Notes: generated from the sequence alone by a model not told the origin. Positions 1 through 13,620 are shown, numbered from the whole stretch's first letter. The stretch: DNA of 63,529 nucleotides, filler included, from Bigelowiella natans CCMP2755 (GCA_000320545.1; 7 parts of 7 records of this genome joined end to end with filler, not necessarily neighbours in it), one strand, 5' to 3'. Numbers and translations: made by a program.

Positions 1-131
1 AGCTACTGCTGGGACCAGATACTTTCATATCCGTGTACACACACACGCTACAGCACGCGCGCGCATGCGATCTCAAGAGACGATTGCAGGATAGTGATCA
101 TGATACCGAATGATGATGCCATAAGCATAAT

Positions 132-174
<43 letters not shown>

Positions 175-282
175 GTGTGTGTGTGTGTGTATAAGGGAGA
201 GAGAACGAGAGAAAGATATAGAGAAGCTATATAGCCATCATCATCATCATCATCATCTACAACAATAACAACAACATCTTTA

Positions 283-352
283 GAACGAATACGCTAAAGT
301 TATGCTAAGAGCATGTATCCAAGGATATGACAACATCGGTAATAGCAGTAGC

Positions 353-387
<35 letters not shown>

Positions 388-509
388 AAACAACAGCAAC
401 TGCGTATTATACGTACTTGGAAGAATAAGTTGTAGTAGTGGAAACAACAGCAACTGCGTATTATACGTACTTGGAAGAATAAGAAGATACGTGTCGGAGG
501 CTCTCAATT

Positions 510-543
<34 letters not shown>

Positions 544-603
544 CCTGATTGATCTCCGAGAATCGTCTCTTGGCTACTACTTAATAACCGATGTTGCTTT
601 ATG

Positions 604-657
<54 letters not shown>

Positions 658-1011
658 GTTGCATGTAAATCCTTTAGAGTTAGAGAATGTGTTGACGGAA
701 ATCGGTCCTGAGATTATTGGTACAAAATGAACTAGTAGTAGTAGTAGTAGTAGTAGTAGTTCCTTCCTTTATAATATAGCAGAGTATAAAGTTTTCCTTA
801 GCTTTCTTTCTCTTCCTAGCCTCTATGGTGAGTGTCTGAGTGCAATCATAAATTATCACAAATACGACGATTTATAGTGCACAAATACGTGGGATGGTGT
901 TCTTATAATAGTTAATTGTTGCTGTTGTTATCGGCTTATTATTTTATTAAAATAAACAACGACTTCAAAGCGAATTTGGACTCTGCTGAACTACAGAAAA
1001 TCTCAGATCGG
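283..1011 (+). CDS. Exons of an unidentified multi-exon gene (partial)
   Basis: Short open segments, some with AG/GT ends, between microsatellites: NEYAKVMLRACIQGYDNI, LENVLTEIGPEII, DFKANLDSAELQKISDR. No family recognised. Confidence 0.3.
378..483. repeat. Tandem duplication, 54-bp period
   Basis: GTAGTAGTGGAAACAACAGCAACTGCGTATTATACGTACTTGGAAGAATAAG at 378-429 and 432-483. Confidence 0.9.
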
Positions 1012-1683
1012 GTAGTAGGAAGTAGTAGTAGTAGTAGTAGTAGTAGTTGTTGTTGTACCCTTTTCATATTCTCTTATAGGCGTCTTCCTGACCTGTGTTA
1101 TTTTGCATTGTTTATGATATTATGCTACAGCTTGGTCAGGAGACGATGATGTTTTACATGCGTCATCGTAAGAAATAGTTCATTAATTACTCTGTGTAGG
1201 ACGTAATAGTAATGGTTGTAGTAGTAGCAGTAGCAGCAGGTATTAGCTATATGCTGCTGAATACTACAGCAATTGTTGTCGATGTTTGGCGTTTATTCTT
1301 AGAATTCAAATGAGTGGCAGCCACTTGTAAGCGCACAGCAATAGGAACAGTGATATAATGTGAATACGTACTCATTGCTCATGCGTCATCATGCACACAC
1401 TAAATGTTTTCATATAGATTGCCATATTTGGCAGTGTAACAACGCATATGATGACATATATGATCGCTTACTAGCAGTGTACGCACCATAGTTGCTGCTG
1501 CATGAGCGGTTGCATGTTGTTGTTGTGGCCTTTGGTAGCTAGCTGCTACGACGTACAGTCATCTAGGCTATCATCATGGCTTGTTTTCCAAATAATGACG
1601 TACATGCTATTTCATCGTATGTGCGTATACTTAGAGGCGAGGAAGTAATAATCATCAAGAGTTGTGACATATTATTATCATTG

Positions 1684-1860
1684 CTATGTTTTGGCATTAT
1701 TGATTGATGTTGTAGCGGCTGCTTGTGAATCTGCTGCTGCCTTCATTACTATGTGTCCTACCAATGCCCGTGCTGGATGCAAAAGTGCCTAATAAGATGA
1801 GGGTGTCCGATGATCAGTACCAACTCGACATGTAGCAGCTATGAATAGTTACAATACATC

Positions 1861-1898
<38 letters not shown>

Positions 1899-2711
1899 CA
1901 TAACTGTGTGGCTGTCGCAAATAACAGCTGCTCGCGATTCGTTATTCTGCTGTGGCTCATCACCATATACTTACTACTCGTAGTCATCTACAAACACAGT
2001 AGTATGTACTAAATAGCAACCATGTGACAACAAGCAATTATGCCACAACCTTCAAATGGACGCCAGCCTGTCTTGCAGATCGTAAGAATGCAGCGTTCGA
2101 TGTTATTGTGATAGCACCAATACTATCCCCTAAAGATGAAGATGATGACGATGATGATGATGACGATGATGATGATGATGATGATAATGGTGATGGTGTG
2201 TGTTGTTATTTTTGGTGATAATGTTATTGATGATGATGAGAGTCTTCCAAACTAGCACAACGTTAGATTTCCTACCAAAAGACTTGATTCAATAACAGCT
2301 ACTACCTGTACTAAATATTTGCCTTGTTTCTTTCCTAAGCTTTTTGGATTGTATGCTGAATAACAATATATGACGTGATGTGTTATGTGATATATTATAT
2401 GCAGATACTAATAATAACATGCAGCAGTAGTATTCATATTTCAGAATAGGGATGAGTATGCATCATCGTCATAACTGTGTAATTATCACTAATATGCTAT
2501 CTGCAACCATACGATCATACCTGGAAATCCTATCTGATTTCTTATTCTTAATGATCTTGAATGTTCGCCAAATAAAAAGAGAAGATGTTGTAGTATATTC
2601 GCAGAAAAATCAATGAAACAATACTAAAAGATCATGGGTTTTTAATTCGTTAAAACAATAACGGTCTATTTTGAACAATAGCAAAGATATTATTATACTG
2701 TTACTATCAAC

Positions 2712-2751
<40 letters not shown>

Positions 2752-2922
2752 CCTTTATAGCAAATCGTTCATTTTGAAGTAAGTTCTTCAGCCTCTTTCT
2801 CTCTTCAGTGCCTCCGACAGCTGCGAATATTTTCTCTGCAACAACAGTATTAAGGAAGAGTCATCATCATAAACACAAAAAGCTTGTAGGCTGCTGCTGT
2901 TGATTTGGTGCATGGATGATGC

Positions 2923-2963
<41 letters not shown>

Positions 2964-3626
2964 GGCACTTGTCATCATCTTTACCCTAACTATTTGGAAT
3001 CTATTGAAAGCAGCACAAGATCATCTGCAATATAGTTGTACATCAAGCTACTCTTTAAATTCTTTTGAAGGAGAGAACACTTGCCAACATCAGAAGGCAG
3101 CAGCAACAACAAGAATCACTCTCTTTTTCCTTCTTCTTCTTCTTCTTCATTTTACTACTACTACTACTAATACCTATGCAATTCATTGCTGATTCACATA
3201 TGAAGACATGTCCTTTCTTTCCTTCAATAGCTTTCATTATAATATCAGCTGCTTGTGATCTAGAACAAAAAGAGGAAAGAGAGGAAGAAGGGTACTGCCT
3301 CAATGTTTCATTTTTGCAAATGGAAAAAGCAAGAATACAATCGTTGATACAGATCACTGGTGTTTGATGGGTATTATAATGTGTAAGATGGATGCTCATC
3401 ATGCTCCTTACGATAGGAAATACTGAATATTGCTGTACATTCCTACTACCACTACTATTGCTACTACCACCACTACTACTATTGGTGCTGCTGCTGCTAC
3501 TGTTAAATAACGTCCTCTTTTTGAATACTATCTCCTCCCCCCTCACCACCACCTTTCTTCATCGTCTGCAAGATAGCGGATATGCTCTGGAACGTATGCT
3601 GCTGCTGCTTCTGGTGCTGGTGTTGC

Positions 3627-3658
<32 letters not shown>

Positions 3659-4516
3659 CATCAGTAGCATAGGCAGTAGCATGAGCAGTCTCAGTAGCAG
3701 CATTTGTGGTCTGTAAACCACCACCACCACCAACAACACCAACACCAACACCACCACAAGCAGCACCAGCAGAGATATTCCCTGTTCTTGTTGCTTTTGT
3801 TGGCGTAGTTGAGAAGTGCTGTTGCAGCAGCAGATCAATAACTTTGATGCTGGTAGTTGTTAGGGTGGTGGTGAGGGGGGGGTGGGTAAGGAAAGGTTAT
3901 CGGTGTTCAGATGTTAATGATGTAGGATAAATGCGAACAGGAGAGAACACGATTGATGATTCTATTTGTAGTAATAGTAGTAGTAGTTGTTGTTGTTGTT
4001 GTTGTATGTGGTGATTAGTAATCATCTGTCTTACAACAATCTACATGTGCTACGTCCTTCATAGATTTCAGTACAATAAAACACACGATGATCATTACAA
4101 TTTACTACTACCTTCCTTTCCCTTTTCTTTCCTCTCTCTTGCCTTCAACAAATGGTGTGAGCTCATGATCATCATCATTTTGTTGTTGTTGTTGTTGTTT
4201 TAAATATTTGTGCTTTGTGTGGCATAAATCGCTACAGAGAGCTACAACTGCAGTAACATCCAGATTGATAGGTGATACCTTCAAGGACAGAGAAAAGGAG
4301 CAGCAGCAGCAACAACAACAACAAAAGCAAAAACAAAGAACAAGAAAGAGAAGAAGATCAACAAGAATTCAAAGACAGCAGCAGCAGCATCTGGTGCATA
4401 TGGTTGAAGATACAAACACACCCAATTTCAATGCTATCTATCCATGTTGTCATCATCATCATCATCATCATCATCATAATTACCATCCTATCTATCCATG
4501 TTGTCATCATAATCAC

Positions 4517-4552
<36 letters not shown>

Positions 4553-4626
4553 TACCATCCTATCCATCATCATCATCTGTACAACCACCACCACCACCAC
4601 CACCACCAACCAACATCGACGATACC

Positions 4627-4675
<49 letters not shown>

Positions 4676-4845
4676 AATAAAGCCTAAGGTTAGTTCTTCT
4701 TGTTGCGTCTTCTACTACTGCTACCGCTTCATGAGTTCTTTTGAGCTCTTTTGCATAATTTCTCAAACAATCCCTTCTATCATCAACGTCGGATGCAGGA
4801 GAGAAGCAAGTAGAGTTTACATCCTCATGTTGCTAGTTGTTGCGT

Positions 4846-4888
<43 letters not shown>

Positions 4889-5179
4889 AACGAAAATGAT
4901 AACAGGGAGGGGGGAAACTAAGATATTCATGATTGATGATGATGATGATGATGATGATATTCAAATGCATACTGCATACAAACAAGCATGTTTATGCAAA
5001 TAAGGCGCTAATCAAAATACCATCATTATTCAGCAGCAGCAGCAGCAGAAAGGCCAAACAACACTGAGCACTAGACAAACATGCTATCATCATCATGATA
5101 TATCTATTACTGTGATTGTAGTGGTAGTGGTGGTGATGGGGATATGGATGACACGTGCAATTCCAATACTAAGAGCAGT

Positions 5180-5214
<35 letters not shown>

Positions 5215-6518
5215 GGAAAGAAAGATGATATTGGTTTCAATTAGCGAGAGTGATGGTGACACAGTCCCTATACTTATGGATTGTATGATGATGATGATGA
5301 TGATGGAATCATCGCCCATACATGTAGACAATAATACATATGAATTGTTTTTTGTCAGTTGGTAATACTACTTGATTAGCTTGCATTTAATATCTTTGGA
5401 TATAGTGCCAGGAAGGACACCTATCACAACCTACTAGCAGTAGCAGTAGTAGTAGTAGTAGTAGTAGTAGTAGAATTAAGTAGTATGATCAATCGTATGA
5501 GGATGGTTCATGTTGCTAACAAGCATGCTGATTATGGCTACTCTCTCTTTGCTTCTTCCTCATCATCATCATATACATTATACCTGTGGGGGTGCAGTAC
5601 TTCTTCTACCGGCACAATGTTGTTTATGTAGCATAGCACATTGCAAGAGAGACTTTGATGTCTGGAGAAGCTGTTCTTCCTGTTCTCTTCTACATCTTGA
5701 GCGCCGCTTAAAGTCCCTGTTTATGGTAAGATATTGTAAGGTTCATGATGAAATACTAATACAGCATACAATAACACATAGATTGTTACTACCATGTATA
5801 TCTGGACTATCTATCACAACATTCTTCCTCACCATACATGCACACATGGGTGGTAGATTCTTATATATGCCATCTATATCTTACAATGAAGATGCTGATG
5901 ACGATGATGATATTGCACGAATCTAAAATAAAATCAGGAAAAAGAAGCAAAGACATATTATCATCTGACAATCAAGTGTTGTTGTTGTTATAGTATTAAA
6001 TAGTAATAGTAGTAATAGTAGTAATAGTAGTAATACTACCGCTGATTTCTTCTCCTTTCTTATCATCATCATTATCATACTACTACTACTACTACTACTA
6101 CTACTATAGTACCTTAATCCATAGAGATCCATGCATTCCAACTATATCCACAGGAGGAGTGTGTGATGATGATGATAATGATGATGATGATGATGATGAT
6201 GATGATATAGATATCACTCCAGGAACATGGGATATGCATTCAAATATTGCTTCGAGATACTGAATATAAACAATCACGAACAATGTGCTTCATACTTGTA
6301 AAGAATACGACGACCACGACGGCAACAACACATACATTAAGTGCCCATTGAGAAAAATGATTGCTCCACAACAAACAACCAATGTAAACTCATTATTTTG
6401 TTTTGTTTGTCTTGTATTCTTTAACGATTCTTCTCGGAACAGGAATCAATGTCTCACTACAAAGGGAGGGGGTTGAACATAATTTTACACCTAACACCTA
6501 GACTAATTCGCTACTACT

Positions 6519-6554
<36 letters not shown>

Positions 6555-7462
6555 CGGGACATTAGTTGATAGTAGAACTTGCCTCTTAAACGGCTGCTGC
6601 TGCTGCTGCTGCTGCTGGTTGTGGTGGTGGTGTTCCCATTCCTGATTCTTATCGAATGACAACGACGCATTCTCCACTTCCTTGTCCTCCTCCTCCTCCT
6701 CCTCCACCTTCTTCATCTTCATCTGAAGTGCTGTTCGTTCAAGAAATTTCAATTCTTTAAACACCCAACGCCTGATAATGATTTGTGTCCAAAATAGTAG
6801 TGATCACAAACGATAGCATTCAAATCAGAGATTAAAAATAGACAGTACTTCCAAGAATAGGGAGGTAGTAGCACTGACTCACTACTACCTGTAGCCATCC
6901 ACAACTTACTAGTATCTACTACTACTACTACTACCGCCACCAAAGATACAAGTAAACGACGGATATGATGGACCTACCAACCTACCTATATTTCAGAAAT
7001 CCTTGCACCTTTTGATACTGTTGCATTGATGATGATGATGCTCCCAAAGTTTCGATAGAATGAAGCAACTTCTGAGTTTGGGAGGAAGGACGATTAGGAG
7101 AGAAGAAGAAGAAGTAGAATAATAATAATAAAAATATGCTAAATATAGTTGTGGTGGTTTATGATGATGCTGGACAAGAATTATTGCATTCCTCGTAGTA
7201 ACAGAAGTAGTAGTAGTTGTTGTATTAGTATCTTTTCTTTTTTGTGAGGCAGAAATCTCCTCCGTATTCCTATGTTGTTCTGCTTCGTGTATGTGAGGCA
7301 GAGATTCTCCTCCCTGCTGCTATGTTCTAGCAAAGGGCTCTAGATATCTACCTTTGATCTTTGAATAAGGTTGTTAATGTGCTCACATGGATCCAAATCA
7401 TTCTTGCAATGATGCTTATCACCAGTAGCAGCGTAATCATCATCGTCATATTCATCAGCCAT
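1684..7462 (-). CDS. C7orf25: UPF0415/C7orf25-like protein (DUF5614 + DUF1308), multi-exon
   Basis: Exons in the expected order: RWVFKELKFLE, VLLSTNVP, YLEAIFECISHVPGV, VDIVGMHGSLWIK, GHVFICESA, KIFAAVGGTEERKR, GDSIGAITITSNAAFLRSARQAGVHLK, ALLHPARAL...stop at 1684. These match recalled C7orf25 motifs (ELKFL, STN, VDVV..G..WVK, LFACESA, GGPGERER, GD..KAITMTANSGFVRAA, HQPRAL). An upstream exon at about 7740-8050 is possible. Confidence 0.8.
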
Positions 7463-8682
7463 AGCTTCGATGTCAGACTCTACTGTTGCATTACCATTGA
7501 AAGAGTAATTACATTAAAATTTCGGAGTTAGTTCATCTTAACTCCTCGCCCTCCCTCACATGTTTGTCTCTAATTCTTAAAATATAGCTTGGATGAAGTG
7601 AAAGGATTATGCCAGATTATTAATTTGATAACAACTATATACTAATGTATCTACTTCGACCTTGAAACGGGTTATTACGTAAAACAATTCCATGCTGCAT
7701 ACAACTACAATGGTACACACAACTGCATTATTAATATACCACTGTTATCTTTCGCCCCGATGGAACTGGTAGCGTTGACAGAAGGATCAGCATCAGCAGG
7801 ATCATCATACTTGCCATCATTGCCGCACGAATCATCTCCTCGTACGGACAATGGGTCTAGTGCCGGTAATTGAGGCCGCGATGCTTCTCCATAGTTTTTC
7901 CGAAAGATAGTGGGAGGAGTACGACTCATATGCGATGATTTGTCTCCGTTAGTTTGATGCTCGCAAGCGTAGTAAGCAGCCACGATGAAAAGGAAGAAGA
8001 GGACAAAGCACAGAGCAGTCTTTTTCCTAGCTTTACCGTCAAGACGGTAGCGCTGATAGTGATAAATATTTGTGGCACCCCTTCAGGGCCTTCGCCTCTT
8101 CCTACCCCTCAGTATTACTAATTAATAAGAGTGTTGGAACCGTCATCGTCATCGTGCATGGGTGTAGAGCAACGACGAGCATTTTCGTCATTTCCGAAAT
8201 CATTTTGATGTTTGCAGGGCATTTCATACTGTGAGACATACAAATGACCTCAACTGATCTAGTGATACCAAATCGAATACGATCTGTAGACGCGATACAT
8301 TAAGGTCTTGCGACAAGAATGGAGTTTCAGTCGCAGCCACATGCTTGTTCACAGAAATCAACGTTGGCGGGAGGACTTTTGGCGGGAAACCTTCCCGCCA
8401 AAGAATTCCAACCGCGCCAATGTAATCAGTGGAATCCAGGACATTTTAGCCAAAAAGTCTTCATATTTCGAGTCGGCATCTTGTATTTGAAGGTAACATC
8501 CAACCCTAATTTAAGATAGACAGAGCAATTTGACAGAAAGGAAAAAATGAAAAAGACCTAAAACGATGATTTTTAACACCTGTAGCCATCAATTCTAATA
8601 TTTTTATGGGCAAAAAGCTGAAAAAAAATCTTCCACTCGTCAGGATTATGTCTAAAAAAGTTTGCATCAGCTATCATTAGTC

Positions 8683-11123
8683 ATGATGCACGAAGAGAGC
8701 CTTATCCGCCACCCCTTAGAGGCTGTTGCTGAATGCTTCAAATCAGTTCCTGCCGAGAGCTACCGTTCTGGAGACTGGGGTATTCCGAAATTATTTGAAT
8801 CAAAGCTGCGATTGAACGAAGAAGACGGACTTGCAAAGATTCCTTCTCTTAATCAAACGTCCACGGATAGCATACCGAATCACTCCTTGGTGCGCTTTCG
8901 TGGGATGATTCAAGATATCCTCGACCCCGAATATTATACTGGAATCTACGAGGAAATCAATAAACGAACCGGGACGAAGGTTAGTTTCCAGAATACATGT
9001 GGTGACGTGCAACTTATAAGTTCCATTGTTTTTCCTGATGACATAAATAATTGTGCCAGGTTGTGAAGAGTGCAAAGTATCGCGATGTCGTGGATATTCC
9101 GGTAAATTAAATAGTAAAAATATAATAATTGAATACTATCTAACACAAATTTTATCCTCAGGATAATTGCGAAATAAAAGAGGATGCTCGGACTATGGCA
9201 CTTTCTAGAATTCCTGTGTTCTGTGTGCCGATTCCCGGGGAGTCTGCATGGATTCACTCAGTTTTAGGTTGTTGTTCATATCTGTTTGAAAGAACTAAAG
9301 AATGCATCGGAAATGTTCGCATCTGTTTGAAATAAATAATGAGGCATCGGATATTATATTTGAAGTCGTTTGTTATATCAGATAAAAACCAGGGCAAAGC
9401 GAATGTAACACAGTCTCCTCGTGATACCAAGCAGCGAGACAAAAGACGTCGCGGAAGAGAGAGCATAGTTACCGGAACCCCTGAGAAGAGGATGTCGACA
9501 GGCATGGTCAACAACAAAAGGGCTAGAAACGTTGAACCTGGATGTACCACAGCACCAGCTCCGATGGAGAGCGAGGATGCAAATCTCCCTCGCTGTGGCA
9601 GTGGAAGCACCACTACCTCAACTAACTCAAATAGCGAGGGGCCTAAATCGAACGGCTTTGAAGCTCTACATAGAGGGTACATGGCAAAGTGTACGATACT
9701 ACATCTTATACTACATCTTCTCCGTTCAAGGTGTGCGATCTCGTTGAATTCGTGGCCATTTTTGCCGCCAATCCAGCACTAATGGCTTTCAAGAACGAGA
9801 TTTGTGGTCGTTTTAATCCACCTGCATCTGCCGTACCAAGACTGCATGTAATATCTTTTCGTCGAATTCAAAGAGATTGGGGCTTAATTCCACGTCCACA
9901 GATGCGACAATCATATCAACATAAGGTATGAGTGCATTCAAATTCGATGTTGTAATTTTAACGTTTGCATGTATTCTTAGCTCCATCAGCTACAGGCAAG
10001 GTTGAAAGACGTACGGAAAAGCCTTTTAGATCACATGACTAAAGTCCTTGGTGGTGACAAAATAGTGGCCGAGACCCTTTTGGTACACCTTATGTCAAGG
10101 GTTCATTATAGGATGTCTGGCCAGGTCATAGGGAAAATGTCACTCGCCCTTCTCAATGTACCACCTTCCTTTCCAAAAATCGTTAAAGACCTATTTGCGG
10201 ATCTTCTTCCTACTGTCAACAAGATTGAGGTTCAGTATACCACTATAGTGATAAGTTGTTGCGCAATCAAACACAGATTATTTAATCCCCCCCCCACCCT
10301 CTCTCTCTCTTCATTTTTCTGAGAAATTTAATCGGAACTTATGTTTTAGGTCACGATACAAAACATGAACAAAGAAGCTTTAATGCCGGTTAAGGATTAT
10401 GATCTGAACCACCTATCTCAAGGAAAACTACAAAACGCAAATGGAACACATTTGATTATTGACGAAACCAATCTCAACGAAGGTTTTGCTCAAGAATCGA
10501 TCAAAATTAGATCCGTCTTAACTTGTTGAATACATAGGAAAACTATCTGATTTGGGTGTGAAAAATCTGCGAGCTATACAACAAGTCATTGAAGAGCAAA
10601 AAGTAAATTATGACTTCAAATACCACCAGGTTGAAATCGACCTTCGAATTTCGTTTGAGTCCTCCTTTACCAATATTTCTTCCTCATCATCTGTTATCAG
10701 AGTCCTATGATACCAATAATTGTTCCTCTTCTGTTTTATCAGATGGCATTCGCGACTGACAGTCCTGTTCTAGTTCTTTCTACGAAAAAGTCTATTCTGA
10801 AATGCGATTGCACCGTAAAGCTCAATAATTCAAGGTCTTTACCTGCTTCCTATGAAGCTGTCAAAGCCTCGCCCAAAGCCGTGGCTCAATGGAGAGAATA
10901 CCTCCTCTTTGCAAAAATGATGGAGATTCAGATCACACCAGAAGCTGGTAAATTAATTCAAGAGGATCTTGTCAAGGAACGAAAGTTCAATCCTAAGATG
11001 GAAGAAGCGACAATGCATCTTAAACTTGGAATTGCTCGACTCTTGGCAAGTTCTTTCTTAGAGGGCAAGCTGTCCAAGGATAGGTGGGAATATGCAAAGC
11101 CCCTTATCAAGCATATTCATTAG
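8683..11123 (+). CDS. MCMBP: Mini-chromosome maintenance complex-binding protein, multi-exon
   Basis: Motifs IPSLN...SLVRFRGMIQDILDPEYY, CVPIPGESAW, KVCDLVEFVAI, PPASAVPRLHVI, LGGDKIVAETLLVHLMSRV, PVKDYDLNHLSQGKLQ, IDET.L.EGKL, KVNYDFKY, separated by short GT-AG introns. Confidence 0.92.
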
Positions 11124-11496
11124 CCAAAATGTAGATGTAGTAGAGCTACTGTAAAACGTGACTTCGACAATAAATTTGATGTAACTAACTGCTTTTGTGT
11201 TCGGCAACAGTATGAACGTAAGTATGCACCACCGAAAACCAGGTCATTGTTTATCTCTAGCTACGCATTTTGCGCAGTGATGCAGGAAATGACAGCTCCA
11301 TGCGTGGCAATGTGCATATTTGGCTATTTGATGTGATGCGCCGCAACACGTGTCCAGCGCACTATGTACAGGCACATGTGGCTACACTACGCGATCGAAC
11401 CATGGACACAGTAAGAGCTAGTCACTACCAACAGGCCGCCTACGTACTGCCTGGACGGACGGGCATTTCTAGATTTGCTATGCATGCATCAAGCTA

Positions 11497-13620
11497 GCAA
11501 GCAATCATGTGTCATTGTCGTGAAAACATGAAGCCAATGGAGCTGCGGGCACAAACATTTTTTTTGGTTTGGAAACATTTTTGTTTTTTCTGAACAAGCA
11601 GTGTTCGGTTTGAACAAACAATGCCCACGTGTCGCGAAACTGATGTTCGATTCGTTCGATCACACAATGCCAGAATGTTCGAACTCAGAAAAATGTTTGC
11701 AAACATCTTCCTGCGCGTGGAAATTGTTTCCAAACAATTTGAAACGTTTTCGAATGGTCACTGAAACAACTGACCGATCCCCATTCACCTTTGATTGGGG
11801 TTGCACGTGCAGGCTTTCATCGTTTGTGCAGCCTTGCATGCTTGTGCGCAAGTGCTTTGACCTTGCATGCTCATACGCTGCACTTGCACTTTGTTTGTCG
11901 TGCTTGTGCTCGTGCCATCCGCCCCTTCACCCTTCACTCACGATTGGGGTTTCTGCCTGCACACGCACGTGCCAGCGTGCACCACCACCTCCAAATTTTG
12001 CACGACACTTTTGCAAAAATGCAAACACAGTCTGCGCACTTGGGATTACCGCGCATCTCGCAGCTCGCGTGTGCGCTGCACTTGCATTTTGTTTGTCACA
12101 CTCATGCTCACACATTCAAGTAGCGCAACCTAGCAATGTTGCAAAATGAAATTGCAATTTCACTTGGAACTGTTTTTCTTGACTTTTGAACCTCCAACTG
12201 TGCCTTTCTCGTGTTTGTGAACTATCCAAAATCTGTCCTACTTCGTCATTTTTTTGGCGAAATTTGGTTGCAAATAACAATCGTTTTGTGCGATGTTGAT
12301 GTAGTTGCATTGCGCAGCTCGCAAACTGACCACAGTTGAATGTGCACACGATCTAGCGATGGTGATCAAACGAAGCGCTGTTTTTGTGCATTTTTCTTGG
12401 CACACATGCATGCAATGCAAAATGCAATGCCTTTTCATGCGCGGTATATGGACATTATGTCCATATACGTGTATTCCGTCTACTACATGTGTACATCACA
12501 TACTTCACATGTACCTACAGCTACACGTGTGCCAAACAACAGCGCTCATATGTACTTACATGCATTCATGTGTGCCTTGCGTGCATCAGACCTACAAAGA
12601 TGAACATACATGCAATTAGTAGTGCATGCTGTGTAACTGCGTGCCATTGCATATGAACTGCATGCACTACAGATGCGCTTGGAAATTTTTGGTACATGTG
12701 TATGACTTGTTTGGTGCACGTGTAGACGTGAACATGGCACATGTGCTCTTTTTTAGTACATGTGGTGTGCCTGGGTACATGTGTTCCTCACGCGTACACG
12801 TATATGGACATTATGTCCATATAGCGGTGCTAAAATGTTAGCATTTTCAGTCAGACGCGCAGTGACGTGTGCATGGTGACTTGTGAATGCAGGTCGCTAT
12901 CCACCGCCAGAAGAAACGCAACTAGCATTGCAACACAGCGTCGAACAACAACGGATCGTCAGTCCCATGGCATGTGGAGCTGGGCACAAACACTTGAAAA
13001 CAAACGTGTTTGCAAATGTTCAAACACGAACATTTTATTTGAAAAAATGTTTGCAAACACCAAATGCTTGCAAACCACCGTTTGATTTGTTCAAATGCTG
13101 CGCGAGCGCTTGAATAACAAGCATTTCTAGATTTGATTTGAACAAACATTTGTTCAAACATGTTTGTTTTCAAATCATGCACATTCATTTGCGCGATCTC
13201 ATGCATTGCGTTGTCACGGTCATCGTCACACATCTAGACATGTCAATTGTGCCATGCGAATGCAGCTGAGCGAGACCGAGCATTGTCGCATGATGATGGG
13301 CCGTGCCTGCACTAAACAAGACGTATGCATTTGATCAACATAGCACAGTGTGCGTGCCGAAAGCTGCCCAGAGCTAGCTAGCTAGATGCAAAGCGCACTC
13401 TCGCTCAGCCGCGCATCAAATGACAAATGCACACATGCACACAAGCAAACACACACACACACACACACGCACAGCAGTAGGGCAGAAGGATGCTACGCGC
13501 GCACCGTGCATCGCATGCATGGGGAGACATGAAGTCTGTGTGCGCGTGCATGCGCGCAAACGACTGACTGCGTGCGTCCTGCAGGCCTAGCAACTACACA
13601 TCCTGTGCAAACTCGTAGAT
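11497..13620. repeat. TpA-depleted degenerate repeat island (AAACA/TGTTT-rich units, internal direct repeats)
   Basis: No TA in 11497-11873. GGAGCTG(CG)GGCACAAACA recurs at about 11539 and 12976. AAATGTTTGCAAACA recurs at about 11691 and 13046. A 44-bp direct repeat lies at 11872-11915 and 12070-12113. Confidence 0.75.
12444..12823. mobile_element. Foldback/MITE-like element with palindromic termini
   Basis: Both ends carry TATATGGACATTATGTCCATATA, and the inner flanks are inverted (GTGTA/TACAC). There are further internal inverted arms at 12521-12539 and 12707-12725. No coding capacity or clear TSD seen. Confidence 0.6.

Noticed and set aside
2923-6141. Poly-Q/H/S/L/I ORFs in the ORF track (also at 52-57 kb)
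   Set aside because: Translations of intronic trinucleotide microsatellites.
11270-13600. Many overlapping Cys/His/Ala-rich ORFs in several frames
   Set aside because: A by-product of TA loss: TAA/TAG stops disappear and TGY/CAY codons accumulate. They are not real proteins.
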